Below are positions 22,583 through 32,380 of a DNA stretch of 32,380 bases, one piece after another. Positions within the stretch are counted from its first letter, which is position 1; each line of letters opens with the position of its first letter. Source of the stretch: Candidatus Omnitrophota bacterium (GTDB lineage Bacteria > Omnitrophota > Gorgyraeia > Gygaellales > Profunditerraquicolaceae); contig JAUYEC010000160.1 of the NCBI GenBank assembly GCA_030691585.1, positions 1-32,380 of the forward strand, in the 5' to 3' direction. Position numbers and translations under genes: made by a program. The notes below the pieces were generated by a model. It ran no database searches. It was not told the origin of the DNA and worked only from the letters and a program-made list of their open reading frames with translations.

Positions 22583-24277
22583 TTATTGGACTACCCGTAA
22601 AACTTCTTCGGGCGTAGTAAGGCCGGCTAAAACTTTTTCCCAGCCGTCCTGCTTCAATGTCCTCATACCCAACGCGACCGCCTTGTGTTTCATCGCGTCG
22701 GAAGACGTTTTTTGTAAAATCATTTTTTTTATCTCCTCATCGACCTGCAGGATTTCATAAATGCCCGTTCTATTCATATACCCCGTATTATTACACACTT
22801 TACAGCCTTTGCCGCGATAGCCTGTCTGTGCCGCCCCGCCGTCTTTGCCCTCCGGCATACCGAACTTTTGGCATATTTCTTCAGGCAGGCGGTATTCTTC
22901 CTTGCAGTTATTGCATATCAACCTCACCAGCCTCTGGGCAATAAATGCCTCTACCGAAGAGGCAATCAAATACGGTTCGATGCCGATGTCAACCAAACGG
23001 GTGACGCCGCTTACGGCGTCGTTGGTATGAAGCGTGGAAAAAACCAGGTGGCCGGTAAGCGCGGTCTGGATGGTAATATCGGCAGTCTCATAATCCCTGA
23101 CCTCTCCCACCATCATTATATCCGGGTCGTGCCGAAGCATGCTTCTAAGCACTACGGAAAAAGTAAGGTTTATGTTCGGGTTAACCTGCGTCTGTGTAAC
23201 TCCCTTGAGTTCATACTCAACGGGGTCTTCGATGGTAACTATTTTCCTCTGCCGCGTATTAAGACGGCTTAAAAAACTGTATAAAGTCGTAGTTTTACCG
23301 CTTCCGGTGGGCCCGGTTACAAAAATTATCCCGTGAGGCCTTTCCAGCAATTGCTCCAAAACCGCCAGCTCTTTTTGCGACATACCCAAATTAGCTATAT
23401 CGAAAAGCATGGTCGTCGGCAGGATCCTGATCACGATATTTTCACCATAAAGCGCCGGCATTACCGATACCCGCAATTCATATTCTTTATCTCCTATCCC
23501 GACCTTTGCCCTTCCATCCTGCGGGATCCTTCTTTCCACGATATCCAATGAGGACATAATTTTGATCCTTGAGACAATTGGAAGATATAAGTGCTTTATG
23601 GCGTCGGGGACGGAAGTATCATAAAGGATGCCGTCGATTCTGTAACGCAAGCTCAATTCTTTGCGGAAAATTTCTATGTGTATATCCGTCGCCCGGTCAT
23701 TGATTGCCTGCTGGAGGATCTGGTTAACCAGCCTTATTACCGAGACGTCCGCGGACATCTTTTCCAAATCTTCAACCTTGTCATTTTTTTCTTCCGGCTT
23801 TTCTATGCCATATTCCGCCTGATTGGACAACAGCCTCTCAATCGTGTCGGCGCCTACGCCGTAATATTTTCGCGCGGCCTCCATTATGTCCGCGGACACC
23901 GCCAATACTTTTTCCACCCTCAATCCCGAATGCGCCTCAAGGTCATCAACCGGCCAGGCGTCAAGGGGATTAGATACCGCGATGGTAAGCACATTGTCCG
24001 TTATATTTACCGGCATAATCTTATAGTGCCAGATAAATTTAGCGGGCACGGCCTGGACGGCCTTATCGTCGATACTTACGTTCTTTAATTCCAGGAAAGG
24101 GATACCCTGCTGCTCGGCAAGGATCTGCAGCATCCTTCTTTCGGTAACAAACCCCATGCCTATCAAAACTTCGCCGAGCAGTTTTTTCGTCTTCTGCTGC
24201 TCCTTAAGCGCCAGTTCCAATTCCCGCGGAGTTATTATTCTTTTTTCTATAAGTAATTCACCCAACCGCAACGTCAT
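22583..24277 (-). CDS. gspE: T2SS/T4P assembly ATPase GspE/PilB
   Basis: Walker A GPTGSGKTTT, TIEDPVEY, RHDPDIMMVGEVRD, TGHLVFSTLH, tetracysteine motif; MshEN-like RLGELL N-terminus. Confidence 0.95.
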   Translation of the reverse strand: MTLRLGELLIEKRIITPRELELALKEQQKTKKLLGEVLIGMGFVTERRMLQILAEQQGIPFLELKNVSIDDKAVQAVPAKFIWHYKIMPVNITDNVLTIAVSNPLDAWPVDDLEAHSGLRVEKVLAVSADIMEAARKYYGVGADTIERLLSNQAEYGIEKPEEKNDKVEDLEKMSADVSVIRLVNQILQQAINDRATDIHIEIFRKELSLRYRIDGILYDTSVPDAIKHLYLPIVSRIKIMSSLDIVERRIPQDGRAKVGIGDKEYELRVSVMPALYGENIVIRILPTTMLFDIANLGMSQKELAVLEQLLERPHGIIFVTGPTGSGKTTTLYSFLSRLNTRQRKIVTIEDPVEYELKGVTQTQVNPNINLTFSVVLRSMLRHDPDIMMVGEVRDYETADITIQTALTGHLVFSTLHTNDAVSGVTRLVDIGIEPYLIASSVEAFIAQRLVRLICNNCKEEYRLPEEICQKFGMPEGKDGGAAQTGYRGKGCKVCNNTGYMNRTGIYEILQVDEEIKKMILQKTSSDAMKHKAVALGMRTLKQDGWEKVLAGLTTPEEVLRVVQ

Positions 24278-24284
24278 CGCTTCC

Positions 24285-25715
<1,431 letters not shown>

Positions 25716-26558
25716 CTAACTTCTCTTTCTCAATAACTGCGACGAAAATGTTTCACGCATACCCCTATCTATCAACTCATGCCGGCTGCGGAAATATTGA
25801 AACCTTATCAGTCTCTCCCTTTGCAGCAAAACCTGGTGGCTTTCTTCCAAATGCACCGTCCGGGCGGAAAATTCCGATAGTTTACTGTCCTCAAACACCT
25901 CAAATAATTTCTCCACAACCCAGGTGCCGACCAAATACTCGATTATCGCGCTTAAAGATGATTCTATTATAATGTTTTCTTCCGCGATATTTTCTCTTTT
26001 TTTAAACAGTTCACTGCAAGGAAGGATGCTTAGCGCTTCTATCTTATGGACGGTAAAAGAAACCGGCTTGGGATAAAAAAGCATCAACCTGGAAAACTTT
26101 CCGGCCAGCCCCTCTTTCATGATAAAACTTTTCAGGTTCAAAGCGGCCTCATAGCCCCCGTCGCTTGTGATTCCCGGAAATCCGGTGAAACTGCGGCCCA
26201 TGCCCTTAAGGTAGGCGGCCCCGCGATCGCCTATTATGATAAGTTCGGCATTTTCCGCGCCGGAATATTCTAAAGCGGTATTTATCACTTTTGTATTCAA
26301 CCCTCCCATAAACCCTTCATCAGAAGTGATCATAATAATACCGAGATTGCCGCCGCCTCCGGCAAAGGGATGCTGGACGGAGCTGAAATCTATCAACTGG
26401 AAAAATCCCTCAAAGGCATCCATAAATTTGGCGAAACGCTCTCTCCTCTTTTCAAGCTGCCTGAATTGCGCAGAGGCTATGCCTTTTAATACCTCCAATA
26501 ACTGCGTCAATTCCGTATTCAACTCCAGTTCATTTTTTAACCTTTGCGCGGATTGCAT
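25716..26558 (-). CDS. atpG: F1 ATPase gamma subunit (divergent)
   Basis: ITSDEGFMGGLN, IIGDRG and SEFSAR motifs; located between alpha and beta. Confidence 0.85.
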   Translation of the reverse strand: MQSAQRLKNELELNTELTQLLEVLKGIASAQFRQLEKRRERFAKFMDAFEGFFQLIDFSSVQHPFAGGGGNLGIIMITSDEGFMGGLNTKVINTALEYSGAENAELIIIGDRGAAYLKGMGRSFTGFPGITSDGGYEAALNLKSFIMKEGLAGKFSRLMLFYPKPVSFTVHKIEALSILPCSELFKKRENIAEENIIIESSLSAIIEYLVGTWVVEKLFEVFEDSKLSEFSARTVHLEESHQVLLQRERLIRFQYFRSRHELIDRGMRETFSSQLLRKRS

Positions 26559-26564
26559 ATTTCT

Positions 26565-28034
26565 TTATTCCATCCCCTTTAGATAACCGACAAACAAGCT
26601 GTTCAATACCTGTTCTATCTCAAGCGTGAGTTCTTTGGCCGATTCCAATTTTTTTGCCAATTCCGGCTCACGCGCGAGGATATATTGCCAGATTTCATTT
26701 TTAAACCTGTTGATCTTTGGCGGTTCCAATTGATCCAATATTTTTCTGTCCAAGGCATAAAGCAAAACAATTAATTCCGCGATGGCGGCCGGTTTGTTTT
26801 TATCCTGATTAAATATAGCGGTAATTACCTCTCCCCGGCGGATTTTGAACGCCACGTCCTGGCTTAAACTCGATTTTAGTTTAGTCAGGCGTAAAAGTTC
26901 TTTAAATTGCGTATATTCCAGGCGGATTCCGCCGCTTAACCTCTTTAAAACAGGATTTTGCGTCTTGCTTCCGATAATCGATACCGACATTGAAAAATCC
27001 ACTGCCGGTTTAAAGCCCTCGGCAAACATAGATGAATTCAAATAGATTTGCCCATCTGTCATTGAGATAAGATTAGACGGAATAAACCCCGTTACATCCT
27101 GCTGTAAGGTATCCGCGATAGGGAAGAAACTCATTGAGCCTGAACCCAGCTCCCGGCTAAGCCTGCCGGCGCGCTCCATAAGCTGGGAATGAATATAATA
27201 AATATCTCCGGGGTAAGCTTCTCTTCCCGGCGGCCTTTCCAGCAATAAGGAAATCTGGCGGTATGCCCAGGCATGCTTGGTCATATCATCGAACACCACT
27301 AAAACATCCCTGCCGTTATAAAAAAAATATTCCCCTAAGGCGGCCGCGGCATAAGGAGCCAGATACTGTTCTGCCGTCGTTGCCGAAGCGGGGGCGGCGA
27401 CAACCAGCGTGTAATCCAGCGCGCCCCCGAATTTAAGAAGCTGTGTTACTTTTAACAGCGAAGAAAAACTCTTGCCGATACAGCAATAAATACAAACAAC
27501 CCCCTTGTCTCTTTGGTTGAGTATGGCGTCTACCGCTATCGTTGTTTTACCTGTCATCCTGTCCCCAATAATCAGCTGGCGCTGCCCCTTGGAAAGCGGG
27601 ACAATAGCGTCTATGATCCTGGTGCCTGTTTCTAAACACGATAGGGCGCCGGAGCGCTCCATAGTGCCGGGCGCTTCTCTAAAAACAGGATAGTATTCAA
27701 CTGGGGGATTAACGGGGCCTTTGCCGTCTACAGGCTCGGCCAGGGCATTGACAATCCTGCCTAAAAAACCTTCGCCAACGGGTATCCTGAATTCTTCCGG
27801 CAAGCTATAGACTTCCTGGCCAAGCCTCACGCCGGCCTCATCGCCCAGGATCAAAACCGAGACTTCGTCTTCCCAAAAACCCACAATCATGCCTTTCGGG
27901 CCGCCGGAAAAAGTTACCAACTGGCCGTTCATAAAACCGCTAAGCCCGGATACGGCGGCAATGATTTTTTTAACCGACTTGACCCTGCCGGCCTCTTTTA
28001 TCCTGATTGCCGGTGAGTTTAATGTGTCCTGCAT
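26565..28034 (-). CDS. atpA: F1 ATPase alpha subunit paralog 2 (arginine finger lost)
   Basis: GQRQLIIGDRMTGKT, PPGREAYPGD, ISMTDGQIYL; SVSIIG in place of SVSRxG. Confidence 0.9.
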   Translation of the reverse strand: MQDTLNSPAIRIKEAGRVKSVKKIIAAVSGLSGFMNGQLVTFSGGPKGMIVGFWEDEVSVLILGDEAGVRLGQEVYSLPEEFRIPVGEGFLGRIVNALAEPVDGKGPVNPPVEYYPVFREAPGTMERSGALSCLETGTRIIDAIVPLSKGQRQLIIGDRMTGKTTIAVDAILNQRDKGVVCIYCCIGKSFSSLLKVTQLLKFGGALDYTLVVAAPASATTAEQYLAPYAAAALGEYFFYNGRDVLVVFDDMTKHAWAYRQISLLLERPPGREAYPGDIYYIHSQLMERAGRLSRELGSGSMSFFPIADTLQQDVTGFIPSNLISMTDGQIYLNSSMFAEGFKPAVDFSMSVSIIGSKTQNPVLKRLSGGIRLEYTQFKELLRLTKLKSSLSQDVAFKIRRGEVITAIFNQDKNKPAAIAELIVLLYALDRKILDQLEPPKINRFKNEIWQYILAREPELAKKLESAKELTLEIEQVLNSLFVGYLKGME

Positions 28035-28052
28035 ATGGGAATTTCCGGTATG

Positions 28053-29522
28053 TCAAGAGGCTGGAGAATATACTTCTTCGTTTTTAAAGAAAGCAATCAA
28101 GCACCCATCCAATTCTTTTGTGATTCCAGGGGTTAATTTCTTTTCATTAAACAAATCATCCATCATTGCCGGATAGTTATCTTCGGCAAATTGCAGGATA
28201 TTCTTTTTGAAATATTCTATTTGCGGTTTTGAAAAAACTTCAAGGACGTCCCGCCTTAAAGCATAAAGCAAAATCAGTTCTTCCTCCAAAGAGCAAGGTT
28301 TGGTCTTCTCTTGAATAAAGAGGTGCGTTATTACCTCACCATGCTTTAAGCGCTGGCCCACTTCTTCCGATACGCCTGTTTTAAACCTGGTAACATTCAA
28401 CAGATCAAGGTATTGTATGTATTCCTGGCGCAGCATCGAACTTAATTCCTTCATTGCCGCACACTGCACCTTGTTGCCTATCCTTGAAACGGAAAGCCCC
28501 AGGTCTATTGCCGGCTTGAACCCTGAATTGAATAAGCCCGTGTTTAAATAAATCTGGCCGTCCGTCATCGAAACAAGATTCGATGGGATATAACCGGTTA
28601 TATCGCCCTGAAGAGTATCAACTATGGGGAAAAAAGTCATTGAGCCGTTTTTTAATTCAGGATTAAGCTTTCCCGCCCTTTCCATAAGTTGCGAGTGTAA
28701 ATAGAAAATATCCCCGGGATAGGCGTCCCTTCCCGGAGAACGCTCTAAGAGCAATGAAATCTGGCGGTATGCCCAGGCATGCTTGGTCAGGTCGTCAAAA
28801 ACCACAAATACGTCTTTGCCGTTATGCATAAAATATTCGCCGAGCGTGCAGGCGGTATAGGGCGCCAGGTACTGCTCGCCTACCGGGCAGGAGGACGCCG
28901 CGGAAACCACTATTGTATACTTCATAGCATCGTTATCTTTTAATGTTTCAATGATTTTCTCAAGAGAAGCCTGGAATCGGCCTATGCAGCAATATATACA
29001 AATGACGTCCTTGCTTTTCTGATTAATTATGGCGTCTACGCATATGCTTGATTTTCCAATCATCCTGTCGCCGATGATTAATTCACGCTGGCCGCGGCCA
29101 ATAGGGATGGTTGCGTCAATAATCAAAATCCCCGTCTCAAAGGCTTCGGCCAAAGGGGCGCGCTCAAGCACACCCGGGGCATCCCGGAAAAGAGGATAGT
29201 ATTCGCCGCCCGACAAGATAATGCCCTTTCCATCCGACGGCTCGGCCAGGGCATTGACAACCCTGCCTAAAAAACCCTCACCCACCGGAACCCTGAACTC
29301 CTCCATCCTGCTATAAACGGTGTTGCCGACCTTTACATCATCTACTTTACCCAAGAGAAGAACCAACGCCTCCTCTTGCGCGAAGCCCATTACTATTGCC
29401 CTGGTATTGACGGTTATATCCAGCAACTGGCCGTTCATACAGCTTGAGAGTCCCGCGACCTTAGCAACGCTTTTTTTAATCTCTTTTATCCGGCCGGTTT
29501 CCCGGACCAACACCATGCTCAT
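28053..29522 (-). CDS. atpA: F1 ATPase alpha subunit paralog 1
   Basis: GRGQRELIIGDRMIGKS, PGRDAYPGDIFYLHS, SMTDGQIYL, LSVSRIG. Confidence 0.92.
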   Translation of the reverse strand: MSMVLVRETGRIKEIKKSVAKVAGLSSCMNGQLLDITVNTRAIVMGFAQEEALVLLLGKVDDVKVGNTVYSRMEEFRVPVGEGFLGRVVNALAEPSDGKGIILSGGEYYPLFRDAPGVLERAPLAEAFETGILIIDATIPIGRGQRELIIGDRMIGKSSICVDAIINQKSKDVICIYCCIGRFQASLEKIIETLKDNDAMKYTIVVSAASSCPVGEQYLAPYTACTLGEYFMHNGKDVFVVFDDLTKHAWAYRQISLLLERSPGRDAYPGDIFYLHSQLMERAGKLNPELKNGSMTFFPIVDTLQGDITGYIPSNLVSMTDGQIYLNTGLFNSGFKPAIDLGLSVSRIGNKVQCAAMKELSSMLRQEYIQYLDLLNVTRFKTGVSEEVGQRLKHGEVITHLFIQEKTKPCSLEEELILLYALRRDVLEVFSKPQIEYFKKNILQFAEDNYPAMMDDLFNEKKLTPGITKELDGCLIAFFKNEEVYSPAS

Positions 29523-30238
29523 TTCCTAAGCGCCTCGCAGGCTTCATTAAGTTTTCCGCGCAAGCTGCCGTCAATAATAAGACCTCCTAATTTTATTATG
29601 ACGCCCGCGATAATACTTGCATCCGCCGTCTCCTCCAACGTTATATTCCTTCCGGTTTTGGCGGAAAGCGTGGATGCTATTTGCTCTTTTTCGGCTTTAG
29701 TAATCTCTACGGCTATAATCAATTCACCTTTATCGGTATTCACATTTAACTTTGACGCCTCGATCATGCCTATTTCGTCCAGGGCGTCTTGCAGGACCGC
29801 GGTGCGCAGTATCAACATATTCTTAGAGGTAAGTATTTTCTGGATCAACGCCAGAGATTGCTCCACGCACTTTTCCTGCAGCCCGGCTTCGATCTCCTCC
29901 CTGATTTTTTCCTTTGTATTCAGGGCCTGTTTAATCATCCGGTCGGCTTCCTGTTTTGCCTTGTTCAAAGCTTCTTCTTTTATCTTATCCGATTGTTCTT
30001 TTGCTTCGGCCCTTAGTCTATTCGCCTCTTTTTCCGCGGCTTCAACTTTATCCCGGTATTTTTTCTCCGCCTCCTCCATCTTTGCCGCCAGTTCCCGCGC
30101 TTTTTCGGCATTTTCCCGGCTAAGCTGTTGTAACCTCTTAGTCTCCACAAAAGAGGCGGAATACATAATTTTATACAGGACAAAAACCAGCGCCGCAAAA
30201 GTCAGCACCTGAATTATGATAAGTTGAATTATCAGCAT
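29519..30238 (-). CDS. atpF: Peripheral stalk b-delta fusion subunit
   Basis: Q..TFAALVFVLYK TM helix, Ala/Glu/Lys coiled coil, C-terminal delta-like DASIIAGVIIKLGGLIIDGSLRGKL. Confidence 0.85.
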   Translation of the reverse strand: MLIIQLIIIQVLTFAALVFVLYKIMYSASFVETKRLQQLSRENAEKARELAAKMEEAEKKYRDKVEAAEKEANRLRAEAKEQSDKIKEEALNKAKQEADRMIKQALNTKEKIREEIEAGLQEKCVEQSLALIQKILTSKNMLILRTAVLQDALDEIGMIEASKLNVNTDKGELIIAVEITKAEKEQIASTLSAKTGRNITLEETADASIIAGVIIKLGGLIIDGSLRGKLNEACEALRK

Positions 30239-30265
30239 AAGTACCTCTTTTTAGTTTACCGCCGG

Positions 30266-30478
30266 CTATTTTCCAAATAACTGGAAGAGCACAAGCATTC
30301 CTATAATCGCGATCGCTTCAGCAAAAATAAGCGCGATTATCATAGCCAGCAGGATCTTCGGAGCTGAAGAAGGATTCCTTCCTAAGGCCCGGATGCTGGC
30401 AAATCCGATTGAGGCGATTACCGCCGAAGGCCCCAGGATAGTCACAAACATTACGAGTATTATGATAAAATTACGCAT
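30266..30478 (-). CDS. atpE: Fo c subunit
   Basis: Two TM helices, polar loop GRNP, ion-binding Glu in FAEAIAI. Confidence 0.9.
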   Translation of the reverse strand: MRNFIIILVMFVTILGPSAVIASIGFASIRALGRNPSSAPKILLAMIIALIFAEAIAIIGMLVLFQLFGK

Positions 30479-30708
30479 TATTCTTCCACCAGCGCCACAA
30501 GCTCATTTCTGTGCATTTTTACTACGCCTTTAGTGATAGCGACATATTTATTCCAATCTATTATGATTTCCCCCCCGCGTAAAAGGCTGATAATGGGCCT
30601 GTGGAAATCCAAAACTTCAAATTCACCCTCATTGCCGGGTAAAAAAACGCTGTTTGCCTGGCCTTCGTAAATCGTGCGTCTTGGATTAATTATGGTTACT
30701 TTGAACAT
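30478..30708 (-). CDS. atpC: F1 epsilon subunit, N-terminal beta-sandwich only
   Basis: VTIINP...YEGQANSVFLPGNEGEFEVL..H.P.ISLL..G; ends at 76 aa. Confidence 0.85.
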   Translation of the reverse strand: MFKVTIINPRRTIYEGQANSVFLPGNEGEFEVLDFHRPIISLLRGGEIIIDWNKYVAITKGVVKMHRNELVALVEE

Positions 30709-30709
30709 A

Positions 30710-32134
30710 TCACTCGTTAACCTTTTCTCGTTTTTTTCCCGCGGCCGCTTTAATCTGCGCCCACCAGAGGATAAAAAACAAAAAACTCACCATCGCCAGG
30801 AACCCGATAATTATCCAGATGATCTTCCAGCTGGTCGTCACATTGGGCGCCCTGCCGCGGAACATGGATTTTCCCACCAGTTCCATACCCATTGCGCCCC
30901 GCAAAACGCCTTCGGGTTTCGGCGCTCCGCCTGCTACAAACCCGACGCTTCCACCTGCCTGGATAACCATTTTCTCCAGTTTTGCAACGGCTATGGAGAC
31001 TTCATCGAATTTTATAAGGTTGGAGCGATAATTAGCGATATGCCTATCCACGCTCATATCGGTAATATTCTGATTAGCGTTGATATCATTTAAAGCGGCA
31101 ATGATTTTGTTCATCAAGGATTTTGCCGGCAGTTTATATTTCGATTCCGCCAAGACGCCCATCAATTTTTCCGTGTGCGCCGTGACCGCGTCAATGCCCT
31201 GCTCAGGTATTACCCATATATCTTTTACCGTAACCGCAAATTTTTTCTTTTCATCCGGCGCGAGCATAACCGCGTCTTTATAGACGTATTGCAGGCCTTT
31301 CTGGTAATCATAAGCTATCTCCAGGCCGCCGCTGTCAATTATATGCTCCCGCCTTAGCTCTGAAGGAAAGTAATACTTTACGGGAACGGGCTTCTCTTCG
31401 TCTGAAGGATTGGATACTGTTATATCAAATTTTATAGTGCCGGACCCCGCGTGGCCGGGCACGGGATTCTTTGCTTTCGCCTGATCGCCTGCGGGAGAGA
31501 ATTCTCCTTTCGGCGCGCTGACGGAAGAAACTTCCGGCGTGCCGGCCGGCAAAGCCGCCGGCCCGCTGACTTCCATTACCAAATCTTCCAAGTCACCGAT
31601 ATCCTTCTTTACCTCTTTTAAAATACCGCTGTTTGTCTCATAATTGGATATCTTCTGCTCGACATCCATCCCCGGCGAATTCTGGAATTCGCTTATCTTA
31701 TCAAGCCCGGCAGTGATACTCTCGGTTAAAGTCTTTGCCTGCGGGTAATATTCCGACTTCTTCAAGACGTCAAGAATCTCCTGCGCGCGTTTTTTTAATG
31801 ATCTGACCTCTTCAATAGGTATAGTCCAGATATCCCGGATTACCAGCTCCAGCGTAACTGTTTCCTGGGGCTTAAGCATGACGTCCTGATAGGCATAATA
31901 TAGCGATCTTTCAAAATCATATTCCACCCTGAAACCGCCCTTATCCGTTATATCTTCGGGCGCGACACCTTTGGGCAGATAAGTCTTTACCGGCAGCGTT
32001 CTTGTTTCGGTATCCGAGGGATTCGCGACAATCATTTTAAGTTTTACGTCGTCGGCAAAAGACAGGCCGTAAGCCGTTAACGCACAAATCGAAAGTAATA
32101 AAATAATATAGAACTTCTTCATAGCATGCGACAC
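30710..32134 (-). CDS. Hypothetical exported protein with two ~160-aa internal repeats and a C-terminal TM anchor
   Basis: Signal peptide (MKKFYIILLLSICALTAYGLSFA, likely start 32122); repeats V.NPSD...PVK.Y.P...GG....YD...DIW.IP; TM IIWIIIGFLAMVSFLFFILWW. Confidence 0.8.
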   Translation of the reverse strand: MSHAMKKFYIILLLSICALTAYGLSFADDVKLKMIVANPSDTETRTLPVKTYLPKGVAPEDITDKGGFRVEYDFERSLYYAYQDVMLKPQETVTLELVIRDIWTIPIEEVRSLKKRAQEILDVLKKSEYYPQAKTLTESITAGLDKISEFQNSPGMDVEQKISNYETNSGILKEVKKDIGDLEDLVMEVSGPAALPAGTPEVSSVSAPKGEFSPAGDQAKAKNPVPGHAGSGTIKFDITVSNPSDEEKPVPVKYYFPSELRREHIIDSGGLEIAYDYQKGLQYVYKDAVMLAPDEKKKFAVTVKDIWVIPEQGIDAVTAHTEKLMGVLAESKYKLPAKSLMNKIIAALNDINANQNITDMSVDRHIANYRSNLIKFDEVSIAVAKLEKMVIQAGGSVGFVAGGAPKPEGVLRGAMGMELVGKSMFRGRAPNVTTSWKIIWIIIGFLAMVSFLFFILWWAQIKAAAGKKREKVNE

Positions 32135-32140
32135 TACAAA

Positions 32141-32380
32141 TTACTTCTTTTCCCCTTTTTCCAACCATGTCTTAACCACCGGCTCCTGTCTATTCACCAG
32201 CGTCGTTTTTACAAATTCAACCGTCTTTTTTAATTCAATAAGCTGGTTCTGCAGGGTCTGCAAAGTAGCAGGGCCTTTAAATTCGGTTTCTTTAGCGGCC
32301 GCCCCTTTTAAGCCCGTCCCGGAGACTAACTTTTGCAATGCTTCTTTCGTTTCCCTGACGGATTCGGCGGCCTCTTTTAC
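32141..32380 (-). CDS. C-terminal part of a hypothetical coiled-coil protein (5' end outside the window)
   Basis: Frame is open from the window edge (VKEAAESVRETKEALQK...EPVVKTWLEKGEKK*), ending just upstream of the next gene. Confidence 0.7.
   Translation of the reverse strand, partial: VKEAAESVRETKEALQKLVSGTGLKGAAAKETEFKGPATLQTLQNQLIELKKTVEFVKTTLVNRQEPVVKTWLEKGEKK

Overview
Almost every gene is on the minus strand, and the window has four blocks. (1) 1-4780 is a housekeeping region: scpB (partial), ruvA, ruvC, a YebC/PmpR gene, an unusually long RNase P RNA (rnpB) flanked by identical GTAG palindromes, an RNase HI-family gene, a C4 zinc-ribbon gene, and tRNA-Val(CAC) and tRNA-Ile2(CAT), each followed by a duplicate of its 3' end. 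(2) 4742-7075 is an AT-rich phage/satellite-like module. It has a tyrosine integrase whose C-terminus is encoded by the 5' half of the tRNA, a leaderless XRE repressor, an excisionase-like HTH gene, and a lambda-O-like initiator with iterons and DnaA boxes. (3) 7138-16634 is a polymorphic RHS toxin locus with a split, order-permuted layout. A secreted 1498-aa SpvB/FG-GAP/YD 'shell' protein stops just before the RHS core. Separate signal-peptide-bearing 'core + toxin' genes, each with an immunity candidate, lie upstream of it. (4) 16933-32380 is one tightly coupled operon joining an atypical F-type ATPase to a T2SS/type IV pilus-like machine (GspE, F, G, I, J, K, PilMN, PilO). The ATPase has a truncated epsilon, c, a b-delta fusion, two alpha paralogs (one lacking the arginine finger), gamma and beta, with no subunit a visible. 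The gene content suggests a Ca. Omnitrophota-like genome; this is inference and was not verified. The split RHS system and the ATPase/T2SS operon are the strongest candidates for novel biology. All product calls come from reading motifs by eye; no database search was run.
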